Shown here in pieces: positions 21,344-31,106 of a DNA stretch of 64,000 nt. The position numbers and the translations under genes are program-made. Location: contig OZ242010.1 in the NCBI GenBank assembly GCA_965204745.1, positions 1,152,001 through 1,216,000 of the forward strand. The letters are read 5' to 3'. Position 1 is the stretch's first letter, and every line of letters starts with the position of its first letter. A model generated the notes under the pieces. It had not been told where the DNA came from, ran no database searches, and saw only the letters and a list, made by a program, of their open reading frames with translations. The stretch comes from Candidatus Latescibacterota bacterium (lineage in GTDB: Bacteria > Latescibacterota > UBA2968).

Positions 21344-22431
21344 AATTTAATACACTCAATATTGACGAGCTCGAATTTGACAAGCAAAATCCGCGTCTGC
21401 CGACTACGGTAGGTACTAAAGAAAGCGAAATTATCAAGTATTTGGCGGCAAAAACCGGCATTGAGGACTTGATGATCTCTATCGGAGAGAACGGGTTTTT
21501 CCCAGGCGAAGCCATCGTCGTAACTCCTGCTGAAGGCGACAAATACACAGTCTTGGAGGGCAATCGCAGACTGGCAGCATTGAAACTGTTGCAAGACCCG
21601 GACTTGGCGGGTAACCGCCGCAGCATTACAAGAGCGTCAGAAGATAGAAAAAATAAGCCAACCGATATTCCAGCATATATCGTCAACTCAAGGGATGATG
21701 CCCTGCAATATCTGGGTTTTCGCCATATTTCTGGGGTCCAACGATGGGATCCTTTGGCAAAGGCACGATACTTGAAATTGTTGTTCAAGCAAGCATCGGG
21801 TGAACCGGAAAAACGCTGTATCGAAGTTGCCCGTGAAATTGGTAGTAGGCGCGATGCAGTCAGGCGTAGTCTGGATGCTTTGGCGGCGTACGAAGCCATT
21901 GAGGAACGCGACTTTTTTGATATTGACGATCTAAACGAAGGAAGTTTTCGGTTTGGCACGTTCTATACGGCTATCGCAAACGTGGAAATCGCGTCATTTG
22001 TTGGCGTCAGAGAGGAAGACGGTAGCGCGACACACCCCATTGCCAATCCAAAATCCTTAAAGGAAGAACCTCTTGAAGAACTCACGGAGTGGATGTTCAA
22101 AAAAGATAGTCAGGGTTCCACACGCCTCGGCGAGTCTCGAAATATTCCCAAATTAAGTGCTGTTATAGAAAATTCTAACGCACTGGAAAAGTTCCGGCAA
22201 GGTGTGTCATTAGATAGTGCTTTTAGTGCTACAATAGATAACAGGGAGGTATTTTTACAAGATATAACCTTAGCCATAGATCATCTTGAGCAAGCAAAAG
22301 ATCATCTTAAACAAGCAAACTTGAATCTATACTCCCTATCGTCTGATGACCAAGAGGCAGTGGAGAGTGTCCAAGAAGCAATGAACATGCTTGATGACGC
22401 AATCAACCGCTTAAAGGTGGATTCACAATGA
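21340..22431 (+). CDS. ParB/Srx N-terminal domain protein
   Basis: DKQNPRL, SIGENGF, VLEGNRRLAALK, RHISGVQRW; ATGA overlap with the MTase. Confidence 0.85.
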   Translation: MKFNTLNIDELEFDKQNPRLPTTVGTKESEIIKYLAAKTGIEDLMISIGENGFFPGEAIVVTPAEGDKYTVLEGNRRLAALKLLQDPDLAGNRRSITRASEDRKNKPTDIPAYIVNSRDDALQYLGFRHISGVQRWDPLAKARYLKLLFKQASGEPEKRCIEVAREIGSRRDAVRRSLDALAAYEAIEERDFFDIDDLNEGSFRFGTFYTAIANVEIASFVGVREEDGSATHPIANPKSLKEEPLEELTEWMFKKDSQGSTRLGESRNIPKLSAVIENSNALEKFRQGVSLDSAFSATIDNREVFLQDITLAIDHLEQAKDHLKQANLNLYSLSSDDQEAVESVQEAMNMLDDAINRLKVDSQ

Positions 22432-23407
22432 TTGATTTTCGTTGGAGTCAAGAAATAATTGAAGATGTCGTTGATTTAGCCGACTGCATTGAGTTAGTCG
22501 TCGCATTGAAGAATGACGACTACGACGGCTACGACGGTTGTTTCACACGCGCACATTTTAACGCAGTTCAAAGTGAAATTTTTGGTGAGGATGACAATTT
22601 TTTGCAAGGCGAGGAAGTCGATGATTTTAATCGCTACTTTGAAGATGCGATGAATCTTATCAAAAACCGCGCCTTATGGTTGGGGAAAACTTATCCCTTC
22701 AGGCAAGATGATGACGAAGTGCAGTTTGCACCTCAAACGTCCAAGAAACACTATTTGTCGTATCTGTTCTTGCTAGTCTGTTCATGTCACAATCGATAAC
22801 TCGGATTCCCTCTTTGCAGTATAAGTTGAGGATAGAGTTTGAAACTCTATGCAAAGAGGCGATGCGGGCATTGTTTCCCAAGTGGGCAGAGGTTTTTCTG
22901 TTCAGTCAAAACAGCGAGGAAAGAAAAAATCTTGGGCGGTCCGTACGCAAGGCCATTCCGGCCTTGGCGAAAAAATTAAACGCCAAAGCGTACCAAAAGG
23001 AAATAGATAAACTGCCCGACACGCAACGCGAGTGTGGCATTGATTTAATTGCCATTTGTTCTTTTGATGACGAATTAGAGTATCCATTTTTCGCCTTCGC
23101 TCAATGCACAGTAAAAAAAGAAGAGTGGTGGACCAAAAAACATGAAGCCCAAAGTCGTCAGGCCTTATCGGGGTTCGTGCGGTTAGATACAGATCATACA
23201 AATTTTTTGTTGATTCCTCATTTCCCGCGCATCAACCTCACAGAATGGCGGGAAGATCGGTCACGTACCGTCAACTGCATTCTCTGTGACCGATACAGAA
23301 TATGTCGGTTGCTGGAGAAATCTAAACCATTGACATGCCAAGTTCTGCCGCGTGGTATGTATGATATTTTCCAAGAGATTCAAAAACACCTGCCAGAGCA
23401 TCACTGA
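22428..23407 (+). pseudogene. Putative PD-(D/E)xK-like endonuclease split into two ORFs (22428-22799 and 22784-23407), probably by a frameshift
   Basis: First part ends YPF...YLFLLVCS; second part has FETLC...ECGIDL...FAQC (E...GxD...QC pattern). The frames overlap by 16 nt and the second start has no clear RBS. Confidence 0.55.
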
Positions 23408-23436
23408 CTGCTCAACTCTCCCACTCGGCTTTTAGC

Positions 23437-25965
23437 CTATTCCCCCTCCCCCCACACCCGCCCCACCGCATCGCATATCTTCTTCTCGAATCGCTCGATC
23501 AATTCCCTGCTGCCATCCACCAACACCTGCTCCGCCTCGATCTCGGCGATGATGGCTTGTTGCGTTTTAAGGGATGGAATCGGGATTTTGTAATTTTCTA
23601 TCACTGACCTCGGAACCCGTTGCAATCCGCCCGTTCCGGTCATTTTGGGCGTCGCCCATGCACGGAAGGTGGGCGTGGCTATGCACAGGAAAATCCATTC
23701 GGGAAGCGCGGTCTCCGATGGCCTCAAAACATAGAACTCGCTTGAGCCGAAGCCGATTCCATTATATAGCCCTTTAGCAATACCAGCTTTGCCGTTTTCA
23801 AAGCACGGCGTCACCTTTGCAATCAGCACATCGTCGTTCTTGAAATATGTATAACTCGTGCCGACTTCCTCTAAACGCTTACTGTCTTTGGGCGAAAAGA
23901 ACATTGTGTTTTCTCCCATATCTGACATAGGTACGAATGAAACGGTCGTTGCCTTATCAAGTTCGGCGAGTTCTGATTTTCGCGGATTTACAGTACAGGC
24001 TTTGCCTATCTCCACCACCGGCCACGTCGGGTCTATCTCAATATGCGGTCGATAGTTCTCCACAACCGCCCGCGCTCCGTCTATCACCTTCTGATAGCCC
24101 TCAATTTCCGCTACGATTTCTCGCTGTACTTCCAGCGGCGGAATAGGAAATTGGAATGAGGAGTATTGCTTGGCGTTGATGTTTGTAAGTGTGCCAGTCT
24201 TGGAATTGCTAAATATCCATTCACGCCAAGAGTCCGATTTGGTAACGTGATACACATACTCGGGAATCGCTTTGGCGGGATTGACACGGAAGCGAATCAA
24301 ATACCCAGCGTATTGATAAGTGCCCGGTAGCGTTTTGTGAATATAGGTACGACCGACCGATCCAGAGCGTGCGATGAGTAGATCGCCCGGTTCAAGAAAT
24401 CGGTCTGGTTCGACTGTCGATGGCGACACAATATCTCCTGCTTTTAGTTCTCCCTGATCTGAAATGTCAGTAATTCGCACATAGCGCACTTTGCCATCGT
24501 ATAGAACTTTGCGTGCGCCAGAACCGTATTGCGGTTTGCCTAAAATGACCTCGCCGAGCGTGATCCAATCATATTTCGTATGCCCCGTTTTGATCTCTCG
24601 ATACCGCTCCCCGCTCAAATTGTACTCCCCACCCTCCGCGATCCGCTCCTTTCCAACGACCAACCCGCGTGCTGTTGTGTACTGTATGCCTTGCTCTGCG
24701 ACTTGGGAGGCGTCCACCGGTTTGCCCGTCCGCAAACGGCTCAGGTATTCGGCGAGTTCGGCTTGCACTTGTGGCAGGTCGTTCTCTGCGATGGGGCGGC
24801 GTTGCGCGCCCAAGTCGAAGCCGTCGTTTGCCACTTTGAAAAACGCGAGGTGATCGGTCTGTCTGGCGAGAGATTTGTCCAAAATCAGGATGGAAGTCTT
24901 GACGCCGGAATAGGGTTGGAATACACCTGCCGGTAGCGAGACCACCGCCACGAGATACTCGTCAACTAGCATCTTTCGCAACTGCTTATGCGCGTTCTGG
25001 CTTTGGAAAATGATCCCCTCGGGCACGATGATGCCCGCCCGCCCATTGGCCATCAGATGCTCGGCGATGTAATCCACGAACAGCACCTCGCTGCGTTTGG
25101 ATTGCACCGAAAAACGACTGTGCGGGCGAATGCCCCCCTTCGGCGACATAAACGGCGGATTGGCGAGAATCACATCGGCGCGCTCAGCCCAACGCGCCTC
25201 GCTCGTCAGCGTATCGTATTCATGAATCTGCGGCGCGACAAAGCCGTGCAAATACATGTTCACCAGCGACAGGCGCACCATATCCGGCGAGATGTCATAC
25301 CCCTTGAAATTGACCGCGAGTGCCCCCTTGTCGTCGGGGGTCAGCGTACTGTTGCCCTTGTCGTCAGTATTGGTCTTGAGAATGTGCTTGTAGGATGAAA
25401 TCAGAAAACCAGCCGTGCCACAGGCCGGATCGAGCACGGTCTCATCCTTCTTTGGATCGAGAATGGCGACCATGAAATCGATGATATGGCGCGGGGTGCG
25501 GAACTGCCCGGCATCGCCTTGCGAACCGAGCACAGACAGCAGATACTCAAACGCATCGCCCAACCGCTCGGAGTGATCGTATTCAAACTCGTCGATCACC
25601 TTGAGGAAGGCGCGCAGGGTCTCCGGATCTCGATACGGCAAAAAGGCATTGTTGAAAATGCTACGGAACAACTGTGGAATGCCGGGATTCTCGGGCATTG
25701 TCGCAATGGCCTCTGCGTATCGGTTGAGCATATCGTAACCGCCAAGGCCGCCACGCATCAGTTTTGCCCAGCCATAATGGGCGAACTCGCCGGCGAAAAA
25801 CCCGCGCTTCCCACCCAACGCCTCGCTCTGCGCGTCGATGTCGTCCATGAACTTGTAGATCAGCGCGATAGTAATTTGCTCCACCTGACTTTTGGGATCG
25901 GGCACCTTACCGACCAAAATATCGCGCGCCGTATCAATCCTGCGCTTCGTCTCTGCGTCCAACAT
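23437..25965 (-). CDS. Type I RM methyltransferase fused to its specificity subunit (HsdM-HsdS)
   Basis: GQFRTPRHI, DPACGTAGF, NPPF, then two TRDs with IPPLEVQREIV and IPSLKTQQAII conserved regions. Start MLDAETKRR at 25965; the upstream ORF extension reads through repeats. Confidence 0.92.
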   Translation of the reverse strand: MLDAETKRRIDTARDILVGKVPDPKSQVEQITIALIYKFMDDIDAQSEALGGKRGFFAGEFAHYGWAKLMRGGLGGYDMLNRYAEAIATMPENPGIPQLFRSIFNNAFLPYRDPETLRAFLKVIDEFEYDHSERLGDAFEYLLSVLGSQGDAGQFRTPRHIIDFMVAILDPKKDETVLDPACGTAGFLISSYKHILKTNTDDKGNSTLTPDDKGALAVNFKGYDISPDMVRLSLVNMYLHGFVAPQIHEYDTLTSEARWAERADVILANPPFMSPKGGIRPHSRFSVQSKRSEVLFVDYIAEHLMANGRAGIIVPEGIIFQSQNAHKQLRKMLVDEYLVAVVSLPAGVFQPYSGVKTSILILDKSLARQTDHLAFFKVANDGFDLGAQRRPIAENDLPQVQAELAEYLSRLRTGKPVDASQVAEQGIQYTTARGLVVGKERIAEGGEYNLSGERYREIKTGHTKYDWITLGEVILGKPQYGSGARKVLYDGKVRYVRITDISDQGELKAGDIVSPSTVEPDRFLEPGDLLIARSGSVGRTYIHKTLPGTYQYAGYLIRFRVNPAKAIPEYVYHVTKSDSWREWIFSNSKTGTLTNINAKQYSSFQFPIPPLEVQREIVAEIEGYQKVIDGARAVVENYRPHIEIDPTWPVVEIGKACTVNPRKSELAELDKATTVSFVPMSDMGENTMFFSPKDSKRLEEVGTSYTYFKNDDVLIAKVTPCFENGKAGIAKGLYNGIGFGSSEFYVLRPSETALPEWIFLCIATPTFRAWATPKMTGTGGLQRVPRSVIENYKIPIPSLKTQQAIIAEIEAEQVLVDGSRELIERFEKKICDAVGRVWGEGE

Positions 25966-25978
25966 AGCCTTTCCTTTT

Positions 25979-26498
25979 TGAGCCACAAAAAGCACGAGCG
26001 GGGTACAACTGGCGATAGCCAGTTCAAAGGCACAGAATGGATTTTGCCCCTTTTTGTGTTTCTGTGCCTTTTGTGGCAATTCTTCGTCTTGCGCCCTGCT
26101 CTATTCATGAGCCACGAAAAGCACGGAAAACACAGCATGAACGGGTTTTGCCCCTTTTTGTGTTTCTGTGCCTTTTGTGGCAATTCTTCGTCTTGCATCC
26201 TGCTCTATTCAGGAGTCACGAAAAGCACAGAAGGCACAGCATGAACGGGTTTTGCCCCTTTTTGTGTTTCTGTGCCTTTTGTGGCAATTTTTCGTCTTGC
26301 GCCCTGCTCTATTCATGAGCCACAAAAAGCATGGAAAACACAGCATGAACGGGTTTTGCCCCTTTTTGTGTTTCTGTGCCTTTTGTGGCAATTTTTCATC
26401 CTGCGTCCTGCTCTATTCATGAGCCACGAAAAGCATGGAAAACACAGCATGAACGGGCTTTGCCCCTTTTTGTGTTTCTGTGTCTCTTGTGGCAATTT
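25979..26498. repeat. Tandem array of a 104-bp palindromic REP/BIME-like unit
   Basis: Unit starts at 26109, 26213, 26317 and 26421 (period 104), plus a modified first copy from about 25980. Arms GCCACRAAAAGCAYRGAARRCACA and TGTGTTTCTGTGCCTTTTGTGGC. Confidence 0.95.
25997..26026 (+). mobile_element. 30-bp hairpin micro-element, copy 1
   Basis: AGCGGGGTACAACTGGCGATAGCCAGTTCA interrupting the left arm of the first repeat unit. Confidence 0.6.
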
Positions 26499-26504
26499 TG
26501 CAAG

Positions 26505-26882
26505 TCACAAAACGAGTTTTTTGACTTGGAGTTTTAACCCTCCGAAGTTGATGAGCATAGCATCGCGTTGACGAGATGCGCGGATATAGCCCAGGGTTTG
26601 CGCGATATGTTCTGGAGCCAATGTCCTGACAGCCTTAAGTTCAAGAATAAGGCAGTTTTCCACAAACAAATCGGCGAAGTAGTTGCCGAGGAGCGTACCG
26701 TCTTCATCATATACCTTGAGAGATTTTTGTTGCTCAACAGCCAAGCCAATTTTTCTCAAACGGTGGGCCATCCCATTCTCATACACCTTCTCGAGATGCC
26801 CGTTTCGAAGATAGGTATGCAATTCAAAGGCTGTTTGGCGAATCCTGTCGCATAAAGCCAGAATGCGCTCTTCATCTCTCAT
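26505..26882 (-). CDS. GxxExxY protein (PD-(D/E)xK nuclease superfamily)
   Basis: GHLEKVY motif, YFADLFVE, LILELKAV, AQTLGY, LINFG; AAGGAG RBS before ATG 26882. Confidence 0.95.
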   Translation of the reverse strand: MRDEERILALCDRIRQTAFELHTYLRNGHLEKVYENGMAHRLRKIGLAVEQQKSLKVYDEDGTLLGNYFADLFVENCLILELKAVRTLAPEHIAQTLGYIRASRQRDAMLINFGGLKLQVKKLVL

Positions 26883-26900
26883 CGTTTCTCCTTTGTGTTT

Positions 26901-26923
26901 TGAACTGGCTATCGCCAGTGTAC
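26901..26923 (-). mobile_element. 30-bp micro-element, truncated inverted copy 4
   Basis: Minus strand GTACACTGGCGATAGCCAGTTCA inside GCCACAAA...AAACACAAAGG, just upstream of the GxxExxY RBS. Confidence 0.55.
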
Positions 26924-26946
26924 TTTGTGGCGTGCTTTCCTTTTTC

Positions 26947-27019
26947 AGCCACAAAAAGCATGGAAAACACAGAATGAACGGGTTTTGCCCCTTTTTGTGT
27001 TTCTGTGCCTTTTGTGGCT
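26947..27019. repeat. Single palindromic unit of the same repeat family, upstream of GxxExxY
   Basis: AGCCACAAAAAGCATGGAAAACACAGAATGAACGGGTTTTGCCCCTTTTTGTGTTTCTGTGCCTTTTGTGGCT. Confidence 0.92.
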
Positions 27020-27026
27020 ATTGACT

Positions 27027-29555
27027 TCAAGTACTAAACTGATTCAACGACACGTAGTCCTTGATATAATCCGGTACCGTAGCATGAAACGCCTGCGGCA
27101 CGGCGCGATAGTCGTTCAGGGAAAACGCCGCGTTGGTCGCCAACTCTGGGAAGCGTCGCTCGTCGATGATGTCCCGCGTGCCTCCGTTGGTGAGGTATGC
27201 TTTGAAGTAGGACTTGACCGCGAGAAGGGCCTCGGGGTCTTCCAACTTTTGATCCGCGAGGAACTTGTCGAACTCCTCGTCTAACAACTCGTCTTTGGAC
27301 TTGAAGCGCGGGATGAGGCCCAAGGCTTTTTCCAGAATTTCGCGCAGGGTCAAGCGGCGATCCACATCCGCGGCGCGGCGCAGCTTGTCCAATGTGTAAT
27401 ACTCCTCTGGCTTGTTGAAAACCTCGCGGGTGACGTAGTCGGCAACGCGCTCCCACTGACCCGCTTCAACCGCCTGCACGACGGTCTCGTCCGCGCGCAC
27501 CGTGTCCGCAAACCGGTCGAAAAACATGCGGTCGATCCGCATGCCCTCTGGCCCGATGCGTTCCTCCCGAACCTCTGCGAGTGCGTCCGGCCCCAAATGT
27601 TGATAGGCACCGAGATAGGCAGTCCGCTCATCAACGCCTTCTCGGGCTTGGGCATCGCCGGGTAGTCGGGGCAATTCCAACACCTCGTCGTAATTGAACT
27701 CGGTCTCGAAGTATTCGCAGTTGGCAAAAAAGTCAAACAGCTTAAACGCGGTCTTCTGTGGCTCGGCAACATCGTCTTTCAACGCGTCGTCGAAAAGCAG
27801 GTCGAGAAAATTGTGTTGCCGAGTGCCGCGGCCCTTGATCTGGATAAAGTCCGTCGGCGAGAAAATGGGGCGAAACAGGCCCAGGTTGAGAATGTCCGGG
27901 CAGTCGTACCCCGTGGTCATCATCCCGACTGTCACGCAGACGCGGGCCTTGCCCGTGCGGTATTCGGACAGGAAATTGCCCGCGCCGAGCAACTTGTTAT
28001 TGGCGAAATTTTTGGTGAACTGTTGCGCGCGTTGCACCTGTGACGTGACTTGCACCGCGAAATCCGACCGATACTTGCCGGGAAACATGCGATAGGCGAT
28101 TTCATTGAGGAGATTGGTCAACCGCGCCGCGTGGTTCTGGCTGACCGCAAAAATGATGGACTTGCCGATCTCGTTGCTGACCGGATCGTGCAGCGCGTTC
28201 GCCATAAACGTCTTGCAAAAAAGCGCGTTGGTCTCATCCGAGAAAAACGTCCTCTCAAACGTGCGTTGCTTATAGGTCGCCTCTTGATCCTCGCCCGTGT
28301 CGTCGGTGAACACAACCATAAACCCTTGCTCAGAAAGGAGTTGTGCGGTCACGTCCGTGCGCGCATCCACCACCGTCGGGTTGATGAGCACCCCATCTTT
28401 CACCCCGTCCAAGAGGGAATAGCGGAACGTCGGATCTCCGCTCTCGCAACCAAACGTGCGGTACGTGTCGCGCAACAACCTGCGCTCTGTCTCCCGAGGA
28501 TCAGCCGCATCGGCATGGGCAACGCCTTTCAGATAATCGCGCGGCGTTGCGGTCAGCCCCAACTTGTAACCGACAAAATAATCGAACACGGCCCGCGCAT
28601 TGCCGCCAATGGAACGGTGCGCCTCGTCTGAAATCACCAAATCAAAATCCGTCGGCGAGAAAAGCGACTGGTACTTGTTGTCGAACAGCAGGGATTGCAC
28701 CGTGCTGACCACGATCTCCGCGCCGCGCCAATCCTCCCGTCGTTCCTTGTAAATCACCGTGTCAAAATCATTGGCGAGCAAGCCCCCAAACACCCCGGCG
28801 GCTTGGGTTTCCAATTCCAGCCGATCCACCAAAAACAGCACCCGCCGCGCATTGCCAGTGCGGAGAAACAACTTGATAACCGCAGCCGAGACGAGCGTCT
28901 TGCCCGTGCCAGTCGCCATTTCAAAGAGAAAGCGATCCGCGCCCTCCCTCACTGCGCGTTGCAAGGCGTGAACGGCCCGCGTCTGATACGGGCGCAAAAA
29001 GCGCAACTCGTGCGCCTTAACAAAGTCCTCGCGCTCGTGTTCATTTCGCCACGCCGCTTCTGCCGCATAATTGGGCCGTTGCGTCAGCGCGATATAATCA
29101 GCCCCAACCCGCTCGGCAACCAACCCCTGCGGATTGGGTTCGACCTTTAGGTACCGGCCCACCGAATCCGGCGTGGGGAACGCCGTGATGATGTGCGGAT
29201 TGCCCCGGTCCAAATCCCAAAAGTAGTGCAGGTTGCCGTTGGACATGATAACGAACCGGCAGTTCAGGGAACGTGCGTACCGGCGCGCCTGCTCCTTGCC
29301 GACGAGCGGGGACTTGTCCTCGGACTTGGCTTCCAACACGACCAACGGAAAGCCCCGGTCATCCAACAACAGAAAATCGACAAACCCCTTCCCCGCCTTC
29401 TCGAAATCATCCCCCATGCCGTCGAGATCAGCCGCCGCAATCGCCACGCTGAGTTCCAACCGGATATTGGCGGGCGTACCCCCTTCATCAAAAAACCGCC
29501 ACCCCGCCGCCTCGAGCAACCGATTGATTTTTATCCGCGCTGTCGCTTCATTCAT
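27027..29555 (-). CDS. hsdR: Type I restriction endonuclease R subunit (EcoEI/EcoAI-like)
   Basis: VDFLL...LEAK nuclease motif, MATGTGKT Walker A, DEAH box, GLTATP, TTGYD, QIKGRGTR. Confidence 0.92.
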   Translation of the reverse strand: MNEATARIKINRLLEAAGWRFFDEGGTPANIRLELSVAIAAADLDGMGDDFEKAGKGFVDFLLLDDRGFPLVVLEAKSEDKSPLVGKEQARRYARSLNCRFVIMSNGNLHYFWDLDRGNPHIITAFPTPDSVGRYLKVEPNPQGLVAERVGADYIALTQRPNYAAEAAWRNEHEREDFVKAHELRFLRPYQTRAVHALQRAVREGADRFLFEMATGTGKTLVSAAVIKLFLRTGNARRVLFLVDRLELETQAAGVFGGLLANDFDTVIYKERREDWRGAEIVVSTVQSLLFDNKYQSLFSPTDFDLVISDEAHRSIGGNARAVFDYFVGYKLGLTATPRDYLKGVAHADAADPRETERRLLRDTYRTFGCESGDPTFRYSLLDGVKDGVLINPTVVDARTDVTAQLLSEQGFMVVFTDDTGEDQEATYKQRTFERTFFSDETNALFCKTFMANALHDPVSNEIGKSIIFAVSQNHAARLTNLLNEIAYRMFPGKYRSDFAVQVTSQVQRAQQFTKNFANNKLLGAGNFLSEYRTGKARVCVTVGMMTTGYDCPDILNLGLFRPIFSPTDFIQIKGRGTRQHNFLDLLFDDALKDDVAEPQKTAFKLFDFFANCEYFETEFNYDEVLELPRLPGDAQAREGVDERTAYLGAYQHLGPDALAEVREERIGPEGMRIDRMFFDRFADTVRADETVVQAVEAGQWERVADYVTREVFNKPEEYYTLDKLRRAADVDRRLTLREILEKALGLIPRFKSKDELLDEEFDKFLADQKLEDPEALLAVKSYFKAYLTNGGTRDIIDERRFPELATNAAFSLNDYRAVPQAFHATVPDYIKDYVSLNQFST

Positions 29556-29666
29556 ACCGCGCCCTCTCAAATTGTTTTTTGATGTGTTTTTGCATAGATT
29601 ATATTTTACCAAAGAGCCATCTCAAAACAACGCCATCTCGCCGAGGAGCCAAACAAGGAGGTTTTT

Positions 29667-31106
29667 ATGAATGTCATTCTCGTCATCATCGACACGATGC
29701 GCTACGACTATATCGGTGCGAACGGAAATGATTGGATCGAAACGCCCAATCTCGACCGGTTGGCCGCGCAATCATGGTGCTTTGACCGCGCTTTTGCGGC
29801 CAGCTTTCCCACGATTCCCTATCGCACGGATGTCATGACGGGCAAGTACGGCAGTCCCTTCCACACTTGGAAACCCCTGCCTTTTGACACGCGCAGCCTT
29901 CCCTCTGTGTTGGTCGAAGCGGGATACGCCACGCAACTCATCCACGATACGCCCCACTTGGTCAACGGTGGACACGCCTTTGATTATCCCTTTCACACCT
30001 GGACGTTTATTCGCGGCGCAGAAGTTGACCGCGCCTGGATGGACGACGAAGCGCGATGGCCGAGCAACTGGTGCAAAGATCCGCTCTTTGACAGCTTGGG
30101 CGAAGATGCGGACCTGACAAAACACAACCTCACGTATGCCCGCACCAACCGGGGGCGGAAAAATTTAGACGACTGGAATTGCGCCAAGTTGTTCAATACC
30201 GTAGCCCAGTTCTTGCGGGACAATGCGCGGCGGGAAAACTTCTTCTTGTGGATCGACTGTTTCGATCCCCACGAACCCTGGGATGTGCCCCCGGCTTTTA
30301 TGCTCAAGTACGACCAAACCCCCGGTTACGATGGTCGCCTCGATCCCCGCGCTTTTCAGGGGGCGCGCAACAATCCCAATTTGCCCGACGAAGCAAAAGC
30401 CCGCATCAGGGCTAGCTATGCGGCCAAAGTCACTTGGATGGACCACTGCTTTGGGCGATTTCTCGAAGCCTTTGACGCCGCGGGGCTGGGCAAAAACACC
30501 GCGATTATCGTCGCAGGCGATCACGGCACCAACGTGGGCGAGCGCGGGCGCTTTGGCAAATACGCGCCCGTGTACGAACAGGAAATCCACATCCCGCTTT
30601 TCATCAAAACACCCGAAGGCGATGCGGGCCGCAGTACGGCCATTTTCCAACCCCAGGACTTTTTCGCCACTGTCGCCAACTTGGTCGGTGCGCCCATTCC
30701 TGGGGGGTTGGACAGCCACGACATCCTCACCGCGGCGCGGCAAGGCCGGGCAGGTGCGCGAAAACTCGCCCTCGCTGGCACGGCCAGAGGGTGGTCGGAA
30801 CAGCGCGGATTTTTCACTGTTTTTGACGGTGATGGGTACTTGGAGTGGAAGCCCGCGGGCGAAGACTGCATGCTCACGGCCTACGGCTCGCTGGACGATA
30901 TCGCCGCTGAACGTGCTGATCGCGTTCAGAACCTGCACGCCGCTGGCCTTGCCGAACTCGAATGCCGAGGGGCGGATCCCATTCTCATCGACTGGCTCAA
31001 AAACGGCGCGAAAGGCGAGGTGCCCGACGATTGCCGGCTGTTTGATGGCTGGCCCGGTCCAAAGGGATTTCAGACCTATTTCGCCAGGGCCTATGGCGGT
31101 GTTTGA
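29667..31106 (+). CDS. Sulfatase-like alkaline-phosphatase-superfamily hydrolase with Thr at the nucleophile position
   Basis: IDTMRYD, TPNLD, FPTIPYRTD, FDPHEPW, GDHG. Confidence 0.85.
   Translation: MNVILVIIDTMRYDYIGANGNDWIETPNLDRLAAQSWCFDRAFAASFPTIPYRTDVMTGKYGSPFHTWKPLPFDTRSLPSVLVEAGYATQLIHDTPHLVNGGHAFDYPFHTWTFIRGAEVDRAWMDDEARWPSNWCKDPLFDSLGEDADLTKHNLTYARTNRGRKNLDDWNCAKLFNTVAQFLRDNARRENFFLWIDCFDPHEPWDVPPAFMLKYDQTPGYDGRLDPRAFQGARNNPNLPDEAKARIRASYAAKVTWMDHCFGRFLEAFDAAGLGKNTAIIVAGDHGTNVGERGRFGKYAPVYEQEIHIPLFIKTPEGDAGRSTAIFQPQDFFATVANLVGAPIPGGLDSHDILTAARQGRAGARKLALAGTARGWSEQRGFFTVFDGDGYLEWKPAGEDCMLTAYGSLDDIAAERADRVQNLHAAGLAELECRGADPILIDWLKNGAKGEVPDDCRLFDGWPGPKGFQTYFARAYGGV

Noticed and set aside
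21340-22431. Chromosome-partitioning parB near oriC
   Set aside because: No parA neighbour, no GERRxRA box or parS seen, and it is coupled to a methylase in an AT-rich cassette.
25979-26498. CRISPR array
   Set aside because: The inter-palindrome segments are near-identical rather than unique spacers, the period is 104 bp, and there are no cas genes.
25860-26571. Several 60-112 aa ORFs with repeated peptides, and the 39-aa N-terminal extension of HsdMS
   Set aside because: They are translations of the repeat array in different frames.
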